A stretch of DNA of 64,000 nucleotides from Alphaproteobacteria bacterium (GTDB taxonomy: Bacteria > Pseudomonadota > Alphaproteobacteria > Rs-D84), in contig JAFXUI010000002.1 of assembly GCA_017535105.1 (NCBI GenBank), positions 45,270-109,269 on the forward strand, in the 5' to 3' direction. The first letter of the stretch is position 1. Every line of letters begins with the position of its first letter. This document shows positions 19,895 through 28,312 of the stretch, in pieces. A program made the translations under genes and the position numbers. The notes beneath the pieces were generated by a model that was not told the DNA's origin, did no database searches, and was given only the letters and a program-made list of their open reading frames with translations.

Positions 19895-20830
19895 TTACTT
19901 TCCGATATTATCGAAGTTTTTCCGAATGATATTCCCACTGCGCCGCAGACCCGATGATTCATTTTTATCCATTTGCGGTACCAGCATTTTTGTTGCGCCA
20001 CCTGCGCCCACGATGCGTGGCATCGACATTGCAATTGCTTTCGCGCCAACACCATCAACCGCGCTAACTGTCAAAATGCGATTTTCATCATTTGCAATTG
20101 AACGCACCAAATCGGCAACCGCGCCGGCAATACCGTCCCACGTTGCGCCACGTCCACGGATAATTTCATATGCAGCGGTATGAACACGATGTTCGATTGT
20201 TGCGCGTGTAGTGTCCGTCATTGGTGTTTTTGTTTGTTTACAGAAATCTTTTAACCCAATTGCACCAATTGTTGCGCAATTCCATGCAACAATACTGCTG
20301 TCGCCATGTTCACCCAAAACATATGCATTTACAGACTGGGGCGATACGGACAGTGTGCGCGATAAAATCACACGCAGACGTGCCGAATCCAGCATTGTAC
20401 CGGTTCCAATAACGCGTGCCGCAGGCAACTTTGATAATTTTTGTGCCAACATAACCATTACGTCCAGTGGGTTTGTGACGATAACCAGTTTAACATTTTT
20501 GTTATCAACGTTCGCCATAACGCGTGGTACAATGTCACGTATAACGGCCGCGTTTTTATGTAACAAATCCATACGTGTTTCACCCGGCTTTTGATTCGCG
20601 CCCGCCGATATAATTACAATTTCAGAGCCGCGTATTGCGCGATAATTACTTGCTGCGGTGATTTTTATATCAAACGAAAATGCCGCGGCGTGGCCCAAAT
20701 CTTCGGCGGCGGCACGTGCGCGAACACCATCGGTGTCGTATAAAACAATTTCGTGGGCAAGACCCGTATTTTTAACCGCGGTGGCAACCGCCGACCCGAC
20801 CGAACCAATTCCAATAATTGCGATTTTCAT
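19895..20830 (-). CDS. ldh: L-lactate dehydrogenase (LDH/MDH family, Gln at the substrate-specificity position)
   Basis: GIGSVG Rossmann motif, GANQKPGETR (Gln rather than Arg, LDH-type), VLGEHGDS catalytic-loop motif. Confidence 0.8.
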   Translation of the reverse strand: MKIAIIGIGSVGSAVATAVKNTGLAHEIVLYDTDGVRARAAAEDLGHAAAFSFDIKITAASNYRAIRGSEIVIISAGANQKPGETRMDLLHKNAAVIRDIVPRVMANVDNKNVKLVIVTNPLDVMVMLAQKLSKLPAARVIGTGTMLDSARLRVILSRTLSVSPQSVNAYVLGEHGDSSIVAWNCATIGAIGLKDFCKQTKTPMTDTTRATIEHRVHTAAYEIIRGRGATWDGIAGAVADLVRSIANDENRILTVSAVDGVGAKAIAMSMPRIVGAGGATKMLVPQMDKNESSGLRRSGNIIRKNFDNIGK

Positions 20831-20965
20831 ATCTGATTCTCCATATCTTGTTATGTATATTATATCACATTGGCAAAAAAATTGGTATGTTTTATAAAAA
20901 GCACTTGCGACAAATAATTTTTATTTTCTATAATTGACTTACCAAATACAAAGGAGAAAACAATT

Positions 20966-21445
20966 ATGAAAAAATTATCAATTCTTTCGGCATTGTGCGG
21001 CGTTGCGTTCGCAGGTGCGGCATCTGCGGCAAACATCACTGTTTACTATTCGCCAACATGCCCACATTGTCATAATGCGCGTGAATTTATTTCAAGCACT
21101 TTGATTTATGAATACCCACAATTAAAGGTCACAGAGGTCAACGTATTTGAAGACGCAAACAGACCAACATTTGAAGCTGCATTGAAAAAATGCGAATACG
21201 AATCGGGTGGTGTTCCGGTCTTGGTTATCGGTGAAAAATGTTTCCAGGGATATGCCGACTTTATGCAGGGCGAATTACGTGAAGCGATTGAGGTTGACCT
21301 AAGTGATGCGGATAAGGCAACCGCCGCCGAAAACAAAAAGGCACTGGAAGAAAACGCCGAAGATTTCAAGAGTAGTCATTCAGACAGAACAAGTGCGATT
21401 TCAGAGTTTACAGCAGCGTCCGAAGAGACGGCAAAAAAAAAATAA
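20966..21445 (+). CDS. periplasmic thioredoxin-fold protein (CPHC active site)
   Basis: Signal peptide; SPTCPHCHNAREF CxxC motif; ends in a 10-A homopolymer (see findings). Confidence 0.6.
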   Translation: MKKLSILSALCGVAFAGAASAANITVYYSPTCPHCHNAREFISSTLIYEYPQLKVTEVNVFEDANRPTFEAALKKCEYESGGVPVLVIGEKCFQGYADFMQGELREAIEVDLSDADKATAAENKKALEENAEDFKSSHSDRTSAISEFTAASEETAKKK

Positions 21446-21558
21446 CGAGGGTTCGTCAATCTGGTTTTATGGATTGTTAGTTGCATTGGTTGCCGGATTG
21501 GGTTTTGTCTTGGTCGGTACCGGTCACAAGAAAAAATAATCGCGGGTAATATCAAATT

Positions 21559-22335
21559 ATGTTTGATTTAACGGTACTTGATTACATATACATCGCTTTG
21601 GTATTGGCGTCTGCAGGTTGGGCGACAATTCGGGGCGGTGTATATGAAACAATTGCGACATTATCATGGATTGTTGCCGCGGTTGCGGCACGTTTTGCCT
21701 CTCCCACATTGGACGGTTTGTTACAATCGTGGTTTGGTTTAACCGAGTCAACGGTTGGTACATTGGTCGCATCATATTTCATCATATTTTTCGCAATTTT
21801 AATTTTGGTTGGTTTTATCAATCAAAAACTGCGCGATTGGATCCAGGGCAGTATTATGAGTTTAACCGATCATGTACTGGGGGTTATATTTGGTATCGTC
21901 CGTGGAATTGTCGTTATGGGTGTCGTGTATTGGGTGGCACTGTGGTACTATTCCGATGCGCCGATGTTGCCAAAGTGGTTGGCGACCGCACGTACACGCC
22001 CAATAATGCAGGTTACCGCGGTAAAACTGGACGAATGGTTTATTCCGGGAACGGAAAATAAATTGCTGGCGCGGGATATGGCGGGAACACACGAAGCGAT
22101 GGAGATTTACAAGAATCTTATAAATCCAGCGGTATCTAGCAAAGCATCGGCGAATAAGCCAGAAGCAAAATCGGAAAACGGTGGCGCAAAACCAGCGGCG
22201 GAAAAACAACCAAGCGAGACGGGCTATAAATCATCGGAACGTACCGCGTTGGAAAATCAGTTGTTACAAATTGAAACCGCGGCCAAAGTCCAAGACGCAC
22301 TGGATGCCGCCAAAGAATCACAAAAAGCAGAATAA
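21559..22335 (+). CDS. cvpA: CvpA-family (colicin V production) membrane protein
   Basis: Four TM helices in the N-terminal 160 aa followed by a hydrophilic tail, typical CvpA architecture. Confidence 0.7.
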   Translation: MFDLTVLDYIYIALVLASAGWATIRGGVYETIATLSWIVAAVAARFASPTLDGLLQSWFGLTESTVGTLVASYFIIFFAILILVGFINQKLRDWIQGSIMSLTDHVLGVIFGIVRGIVVMGVVYWVALWYYSDAPMLPKWLATARTRPIMQVTAVKLDEWFIPGTENKLLARDMAGTHEAMEIYKNLINPAVSSKASANKPEAKSENGGAKPAAEKQPSETGYKSSERTALENQLLQIETAAKVQDALDAAKESQKAE

Positions 22336-22354
22336 GTTTTGTACCTTTACACAT

Positions 22355-22379
22355 CACCGCCCAATTGGGCGGTGTTTTT
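22355..22379 (+). terminator. rho-independent terminator (caccgcccaattgggcggtg plus T5)
   Basis: Hairpin plus T-run 20 nt after the cvpA stop. Confidence 0.6.
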
Positions 22380-22417
22380 ATTTGCGCTTTAAGAAATGTT
22401 GTGGTAAATGTTGAAAT

Positions 22418-22534
22418 ATGACACAGATAACGCGCGGTAAAAAAATTTCGATTATCATTACCGAGATTGTTAAAATTCTTGGCTGGCTGGCTATATTGTC
22501 TTTGGTTTTTGGTGGTAATAAAGATAAAAAATAA
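22418..22534 (+). CDS. possible 38-aa single-TM small protein (MTQITRGKKISIIITEIVKILGWLAILSLVFGGNKDKK)
   Basis: Short ORF flanked on both sides by strong terminators; weak RBS; hydrophobic core. Confidence 0.3.
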   Translation: MTQITRGKKISIIITEIVKILGWLAILSLVFGGNKDKK

Positions 22535-22566
22535 AACACCGTCCATGTGGACGGCGCTTTTATTCC

Positions 22567-22642
22567 TGGTGCCAGTTGTCGGACTTGAACCAACGACCCT
22601 CTGATTACAAATCAGATGCTCTACCAGCTGAGCTAAACTGGC
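22567..22642 (-). tRNA. tRNA-Thr (anticodon UGU)
   Basis: Reverse complement gives GCCAGTT...anticodon loop TTTGTAA...TTCAAGT T-loop...AACTGGC ACCA; 76 nt. Confidence 0.85.
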
Positions 22643-22760
22643 CTGGTGAGCCTTATATTACATTGTTGGTTTATAAATATCAAGCACATTTTTTGGGGTT
22701 CTTGATTTTTTGCTTTACTGTGCTAGTATGTTGAAAAACAGGACAAAAAGGGGTGTTTAT

Positions 22761-23255
22761 ATGTCGCTTTATAACCAACTTGAAAACAAGGCAGAACAGA
22801 AATCGCAAACGACAAAGGCGTTTTTTGCCGATTTGAATAATAAAATCAAGGAATCCAGATGGTTTTCTTGTGATGTTCACGAAAATTGCGAGATTTATCG
22901 CCTTGATAAAATAGACATTTCTTTTGATATACGTAAAATATACCTTGTCGTTATGAATAAAATGGGTATTGAAACCAAAACAATGGATTGTCGGGATAAT
23001 TCAAAATCTGCGGCCCAAGAAGAAAAGCACGATTTGTTTTGTGAATTGTTGTCGGCTGCCCGCACAAGAAACTATGCAGAAAACGAACAGCGCGACCAAG
23101 AACAGCAGCACAGCAAAAAACGTTGCGAAGTAGAAAGCATAAGAAAAGAACTGTCGGCACACGCAACGCAAAGACGGATAAAAAGACAAAAATTAGGAAT
23201 TCGTGCGCTTATGCGTCAATCCATGTTTCGTGCATTCAAGGGTAGGGGGCTGTAA
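22761..23255 (+). CDS. hypothetical 164-aa protein with a Cys/His-containing N-terminal domain and a charged Gln/Lys/Arg-rich C-terminus
   Basis: ATG with AAAAGGGG RBS; N-terminal KIKES...C...C...D...F pattern shared with the next gene (tandem paralogs); AT-rich. Confidence 0.5.
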   Translation: MSLYNQLENKAEQKSQTTKAFFADLNNKIKESRWFSCDVHENCEIYRLDKIDISFDIRKIYLVVMNKMGIETKTMDCRDNSKSAAQEEKHDLFCELLSAARTRNYAENEQRDQEQQHSKKRCEVESIRKELSAHATQRRIKRQKLGIRALMRQSMFRAFKGRGL

Positions 23256-23315
23256 AATTTGACTTTTTCTGTTTCTGTGGTAGTGTTTCGTGGCAAAAAT
23301 ATAAAAAGGTAAAAA

Positions 23316-23789
23316 ATGAAAGAATATAGTACGTATCGTATCGAGTGCGAAATATTGGAAGTATTGAAACAAAAAATAAAAGAATCTAAAACGGTTTCAC
23401 ATAAATATATTGCCGGAGATTGTTTTGAGTTTGATAATTTTATGTTAGAGTTTTGTTATAACTCATCATCTATTATTTTGAGATATAAATATGTAAAAAG
23501 TAAGGATAAAAGCATCAAACAAATAACAAAAAACGGTATAGAATATCAAAGGTCTGGTAATTCAATAGTAATACTGTCAATGAACGGCTTTGCGGGGGCT
23601 GGAAATGCTGGGTGTACAACAAAATGGAAAAAGAAATGGGAAAACGCCTTTGGCGAATTGTTGGATGTGGCACAAGAACGTCTGAAAAAAGAAAAAGAGA
23701 AAGTCAAAAATAATGCAGAATATGAAATGGAAATGAAAAAACAAAGACGCAATGCTATTCTGACATTAATTGAAGTAAAACAGTTATAG
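23316..23789 (+). CDS. hypothetical 157-aa protein, paralog of the preceding gene (shared N-terminal domain, Lys/Glu-rich C-terminal tail)
   Basis: AAAAAGG RBS; about 30% GC; followed by a terminator at 23796-23814. Confidence 0.5.
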   Translation: MKEYSTYRIECEILEVLKQKIKESKTVSHKYIAGDCFEFDNFMLEFCYNSSSIILRYKYVKSKDKSIKQITKNGIEYQRSGNSIVILSMNGFAGAGNAGCTTKWKKKWENAFGELLDVAQERLKKEKEKVKNNAEYEMEMKKQRRNAILTLIEVKQL

Positions 23790-23795
23790 TTAAAA

Positions 23796-23814
23796 TCGGG
23801 CGAAAGCCCGTTTT
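23796..23814 (+). terminator. rho-independent terminator (cgggcgaaagcccg plus T5)
   Basis: Hairpin plus T-run immediately after the stop at 23789. Confidence 0.6.
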
Positions 23815-23849
23815 TATTTTAACTGGAATTTAGAAAAATCGTTGTTAAA

Positions 23850-25100
23850 ATGACGGGTATGAAAAAATTACCTGAATTATTGGCGCCGGCGGGAACGTTG
23901 GATGCGTTTAAAACGGCGATACTTTACGGCGCAGACGCGATTTATGCCGGTTTGCCGGGTTTTTCAATGCGCGCACGTGCGAAAATTACGACGGACGAAG
24001 TAAAGCAGGGTATAGATTTGGCGCATGCGGCGGGGAAAAAAGTTTATTTGGCATTCAACCTTTTTGCGCACGACTGTGAATATCCAAATTTGCCACGTGT
24101 TAGTGAAATTATAAATTATCTGAAACCAGACGCGTTGATTGTTTCCGATCCAGGTGTTGTGACGTGGGTGCGGGAAAATCACCCCGATATACCAATTCAT
24201 ATTTCGACCCAGGCGAATATCTGTTCCGCCCGTTCGGTTAAGTTCTGGCAAAACGCGGGGGCATCGCTTTGCGTGCTGGCGCGTGAATTGTCGCACAGTG
24301 ATTTCAAGACAATTCGTGCCGCGTGTCCCGATATGAAACTGGAAATATTTGTTCATGGCGCAATGTGTATGGCGTATTCGGGTCGATGCTTGCTGTCGAA
24401 CTTTATTACGGGTCGTCCGGCAAATCGTGGTGCGTGCGCGCAACTGTGTCGTTGGAAATATGATGTAATTTTGCGCGAAGTTGAAACCGGTGTTGAAATG
24501 CCTTTGCAAGAAGATGAACACGGCGCGTACATATTGAACAGCAAAGATTTATGTTTAATGCCACGTTTGGCAGAAGTACTGGAATCGGAACCAGATTCAT
24601 TAAAGATTGAGGGGCGGAACCGCAGCGAATACTACGTCGCATCGGTTGTACATGCGTATCGTGCGGCGATTGATGCGTATGCGCGTGACCCCGAACATTT
24701 TGACCCCGCGCCATTTATGGACGATTTAAATAAACTGGAAACGCGCGGATATACAACGGCATTCTTTGACGGGCCGTTGCCACCAAGTGCGCATAACTAT
24801 GAATCAGCGCGTTCGGTATCCGACTATCACGCGGCGGGTGTGGTTGTTGCGAACGACGGCGAAAACATCACATTTGAATTGCGTAATGAAATTTGCGCTG
24901 GTGATGAAATAACATTTTTGGTGCCGGGGTCGGTGGAAAAAGTATCGGTCAAATTGTTAGACATCATAAACGCGAAAAATGGTGAAAAATTACCGAAAAT
25001 GTCCGCCGGTCAGCATAACAGCCTTGTCATTCCACGCGTATGGGTGGGTGACGGTTTTGATAAATTGGTGCCGTTGGTTGTCGCGTATAAGAAAAAATAG
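23850..25100 (+). CDS. peptidase U32 family protein (collagenase-like; TrhP/RlhA-type tRNA or rRNA hydroxylation family)
   Basis: N-terminal PELLAPAG..., conserved U32 core with Cys-rich CMAYSGRC segment; 416 aa. Confidence 0.8.
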   Translation: MTGMKKLPELLAPAGTLDAFKTAILYGADAIYAGLPGFSMRARAKITTDEVKQGIDLAHAAGKKVYLAFNLFAHDCEYPNLPRVSEIINYLKPDALIVSDPGVVTWVRENHPDIPIHISTQANICSARSVKFWQNAGASLCVLARELSHSDFKTIRAACPDMKLEIFVHGAMCMAYSGRCLLSNFITGRPANRGACAQLCRWKYDVILREVETGVEMPLQEDEHGAYILNSKDLCLMPRLAEVLESEPDSLKIEGRNRSEYYVASVVHAYRAAIDAYARDPEHFDPAPFMDDLNKLETRGYTTAFFDGPLPPSAHNYESARSVSDYHAAGVVVANDGENITFELRNEICAGDEITFLVPGSVEKVSVKLLDIINAKNGEKLPKMSAGQHNSLVIPRVWVGDGFDKLVPLVVAYKKK

Positions 25101-25160
25101 TTTTTGATATTTATTGTCTGCGACGCAATGGACCCCCGCCTGCGCGGGGATGACAAAAAA

Positions 25161-25185
25161 ACGCACCGTTTGGTGCGTTTCTTTT
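25161..25185. terminator. bidirectional terminator (acgcaccgtttggtgcgt)
   Basis: Hairpin flanked by A7 and TTCTTTT between convergent genes. Confidence 0.55.
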
Positions 25186-25753
25186 ATCTTGCGTTTTGTT
25201 TTTGTTGCATCGCGTTGGCACGTATCAATCCAACCATCGTGATAACACCCACAACACGCTTTTTCTGTTCAGCGATTGTTGGTAATTCGCCAGGTTGTTT
25301 GACAGGCGCGGCTTTTGCAACAACCTTTTGTTTTGGTTTGTATTGTGCCGCAATTGTGTTGAATGTCTTTAACGCACTGTTTGTCCATTGTGGAACGCGC
25401 GCTTCAACCTTTTTACGTTGTTCAGATGCAAATGTAACCGGCATATCGCGGTGTTTGTTCAACATAATGCGTTTCGCAATATGTTTCGCACTGCGTTTAT
25501 TCACGCGTAGTAAAAATTTCGTTACTGGATTTGCTTTATCCATTGTTGATATTTTTGCACGCACAAATTGCATCGCGGTGTGTGATGCCGCACCAATTGA
25601 CATACCCATAGACAATCCACGTAAAAACATCGCATGATACAATTGATGATGTGCGATAATAAGTTTCTTGCGGTTTTCCGCAGAAATAATATGTTGTTTT
25701 TTATGTTTCGCTTTTTGGGTTTTGGCAACCTGGGCCATGTTGTTCTTTTTCAT
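25184..25753 (-). CDS. basic Lys/Ala-rich protein (189 aa), unknown function (histone-like/phasin-like composition)
   Basis: ATG at 25753 with an AAAGGGGG RBS; pI clearly basic; more protein-like than the overlapping plus-strand ORF. Confidence 0.5.
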   Translation of the reverse strand: MKKNNMAQVAKTQKAKHKKQHIISAENRKKLIIAHHQLYHAMFLRGLSMGMSIGAASHTAMQFVRAKISTMDKANPVTKFLLRVNKRSAKHIAKRIMLNKHRDMPVTFASEQRKKVEARVPQWTNSALKTFNTIAAQYKPKQKVVAKAAPVKQPGELPTIAEQKKRVVGVITMVGLIRANAMQQKQNAR

Positions 25754-25996
25754 GGCAACCCCCTTTATGTTTTCTATTCTTGTTTACCTGGAATATATTA
25801 TAGCGCGTGACATAAACACTTTCAAGTGATATGTCAAGATAAAGTTTTTTTTGACTTTATTCCCAGATTATAGCAAAGTTGACGATGGACATATTGTAAA
25901 AGTTGCCACCGATGGTTTCCGGCGTTGATATGTGCCACCGATCTTGCCAATAATGGGGGTCGGTTCATTTCATCAAATACTAAGGAGTAAAAAAAG

Positions 25997-27016
25997 ATGA
26001 AAAAAACGTTAAAAATTGCTATGGCGGCTACGTTGTGTACTGCGCCGGCATTAGCAGACAGTCCATATGTTGCAAATACTATGCGCAATATGGAAAATCC
26101 ATTGTACTTGCCAAGTTCTGGCGAATTGTACACCAAGGTCGGCTTTGGGGTCATGTACAAGGTGACCGACAGCAATGATGCTCAAAAGAAATTGTTTCAC
26201 GATGGTGAAGTAGAATTTCCAATTTGGCGTCCATCATTAGAATTGGGTTATGGTATTACCGATCGTTGGACGGTCCATGGTCAAATGGGTTATACACATA
26301 ACGATGATGCGGACCGCTATGGCTTCCATCTGGGGCGCATCGGTACGACATATCGTATCTTGTCCGAAGATTTTATCTGGGACGTTTATGGCGACTTCCA
26401 CTTGGGTGGTATCAGCAAGATGAAGGGTTCATTAGAAAATAAACCACTTGGTTTAACATTTGTGTATGATAACTTCTCGAATGGTCGTTGGGGTTACCAT
26501 GTTGGAACCAAGATTGGTAAGGTTTGGGATCGTTGGACCACAAGTGCATTTGTTGAATTGTTGCGCACATGGGGCAACCACAACAATGAAATTGATGTGT
26601 CTAAATCTGGTTTGACAGCCGCAGGCGTTCCAAACAAGATTTCTGTGGATTTGAAATCAACAACCGAATATGACTTTGGTGGTAATGCGTTTTACCAGGT
26701 CAATGATCGTTGGTCGTTCGGTATTGGTTTGAAATATACATATCATGCAGAAAATGGTTTGAAGGGTATTCATACCAAAGTTAACTATGTAAGTGCAGGT
26801 GCAGAGGCCATGGTTAAATCCAAATTGGCTGAATATAAGCACATGCATGACGAATTCAGCGAATTTGCACAAAGCTTTACTGTTGCATATCAAGCAAGTG
26901 ACAGCATGCAAGTTGCTGCTTTCTTTGAGAACACGCTTGACGACGGTCAACACTTGTCCGCAAGTACAACCGATTTCAAGGCAGAAATGGGTGTTCGTTT
27001 GAACGTTGTGTTCTAA
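25997..27016 (+). CDS. outer-membrane beta-barrel protein (ends ...RLNVVF)
   Basis: Signal peptide MKKTLKIAMAATLCTAPALA; AAGGAG RBS; alternating amphipathic strands; C-terminal Phe. Confidence 0.6.
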   Translation: MKKTLKIAMAATLCTAPALADSPYVANTMRNMENPLYLPSSGELYTKVGFGVMYKVTDSNDAQKKLFHDGEVEFPIWRPSLELGYGITDRWTVHGQMGYTHNDDADRYGFHLGRIGTTYRILSEDFIWDVYGDFHLGGISKMKGSLENKPLGLTFVYDNFSNGRWGYHVGTKIGKVWDRWTTSAFVELLRTWGNHNNEIDVSKSGLTAAGVPNKISVDLKSTTEYDFGGNAFYQVNDRWSFGIGLKYTYHAENGLKGIHTKVNYVSAGAEAMVKSKLAEYKHMHDEFSEFAQSFTVAYQASDSMQVAAFFENTLDDGQHLSASTTDFKAEMGVRLNVVF

Positions 27017-27050
27017 AAAAACCAAAAAATAACAAATATACGATGTAAAA

Positions 27051-27080
27051 TGCCCCCACTTTTTCGGTGGGGGCGTTTTT
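27051..27080 (+). terminator. rho-independent terminator (gcccccactttttcggtgggggc plus T6)
   Basis: Strong hairpin plus T-tract after the OMP gene. Confidence 0.65.
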
Positions 27081-27105
27081 TGTATATACAAAATACTTTT
27101 TTATA

Positions 27106-27126
27106 GGCCTTTTTTATGATATAATA
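27106..27126 (+). promoter_or_regulatory. second copy of the GGCCTTTTTTATGATATAATA promoter element
   Basis: Exact 21-nt repeat of 12574-12594, 25 nt before the ATG at 27151. Confidence 0.5.
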
Positions 27127-27150
27127 TATCAAAAGGAAGTCGGAGCGAGA

Positions 27151-28281
27151 ATGAAAAAGTTCAGTGTTTCTGCCGCTTTGGTTGGGGTCGTGCTTGTCGC
27201 GCCATGTGGCGCGGGTGCCGCATATCCGGTCTATTCCGGGTATCAAAATGGCATGACTAATCAAGTGATGGTGCCGAATGGTAATGTTGTGTACCGTCAA
27301 AACGCTGTCCAGCCAAATGGTGTGGTCGTTCCAAATCAAAATCAGGTTATTATTGCAAACCCAAATGTTGCGGCAAATCCGTCACGTATTACGGGCATGT
27401 TGCCCAAGGTTGGGTCTAATATGACGGCGGCGGGCCGCCAGTATTATCAGCCCGCAGATTTTGACAGATTGGCCGACAGTGGTTTATATGTCGGTGTTTC
27501 CGCGGGATACAGCGCATCTGTTATGGGTTCAATGACGGCGGACTATGCTGGTGAAGATAAAGCATTCTTTGTTCCGGGCGCGTTCAAGTCGGCGGATTTT
27601 GATAAAGATACAGTGTTGCCGTTACAGATTTCGGTTGGTGCCGCGATAAACAATGATGTTCGTATTGATTTTTCGCTTTTGCGGTACAGTGGTTTGGCAT
27701 ATTCAGATATGGTCCAGACGTCAACTGGTGACGGCGGTTTTGCCGAAGCGTCTGTTGACGGTGGTGCGATTACCGCAAACGCAACAATGTTGAACGTGTA
27801 TTACAACATTGATTCTTATACTGGCTATATCGCGGGCGGTTCACTGCGTCCGTATATTGGTGTGGGTGCCGGTTTATCGCTGAACACGATTGCGGACTAT
27901 GTCGTTTCTGATAACCATTATTATGTCGAAGTTGAAGATATCGCCCCATTACCAGACGGTGTGTTGACGGGTGTGTCGGATATTATCGCATATCATAATG
28001 GCGGAACCAATGAACAGTTGGCATTTATGCTGGAAGGTGGTGTGACATCTGATTTGTCGGGCGGGTTAAAGGTTGATTTCTTTGTGCGTTATACAAATCT
28101 GGGTCGTGTTAAAACATCGGGCAGTATCGTTATGTCCCAGACAGAATGGATGAAAGACAGTGGCTCGGCCAGTGGCGAAAGCCCAGCACCATATGACAGT
28201 GTTTATCACTATACCAATTGGTATGAAAGCGGACGGCTAAGCATGGTTGATGTCGGCGTGCGTTTAAGATTGCAATTCTAA
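27151..28281 (+). CDS. outer-membrane beta-barrel protein (ends ...RLRLQF)
   Basis: AAAAGGAAG RBS, signal peptide MKKFSVSAALVGVVLVAPCGAGA, C-terminal Phe. Confidence 0.6.
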   Translation: MKKFSVSAALVGVVLVAPCGAGAAYPVYSGYQNGMTNQVMVPNGNVVYRQNAVQPNGVVVPNQNQVIIANPNVAANPSRITGMLPKVGSNMTAAGRQYYQPADFDRLADSGLYVGVSAGYSASVMGSMTADYAGEDKAFFVPGAFKSADFDKDTVLPLQISVGAAINNDVRIDFSLLRYSGLAYSDMVQTSTGDGGFAEASVDGGAITANATMLNVYYNIDSYTGYIAGGSLRPYIGVGAGLSLNTIADYVVSDNHYYVEVEDIAPLPDGVLTGVSDIIAYHNGGTNEQLAFMLEGGVTSDLSGGLKVDFFVRYTNLGRVKTSGSIVMSQTEWMKDSGSASGESPAPYDSVYHYTNWYESGRLSMVDVGVRLRLQF

Positions 28282-28312
28282 GACATTGCAAATCGTAGAA
28301 TTCGGATAAGAA

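Noticed and set aside
21303-21539. Independent 78-aa ORF (MMRIRQPPPKTKRH...) overlapping the thioredoxin-like gene
   Set aside because: Its N-terminal two-thirds are an out-of-frame read of the thioredoxin-like gene. Only the C-terminal TM segment looks genuine, and that is better explained by A10-tract slippage fusing it to the upstream protein (see findings).
25104-25637. 177-aa plus-strand ORF
   Set aside because: Antisense to the Lys-rich protein gene that has a strong AAAGGGGG RBS; Cys/Phe-rich nonsense-like composition.
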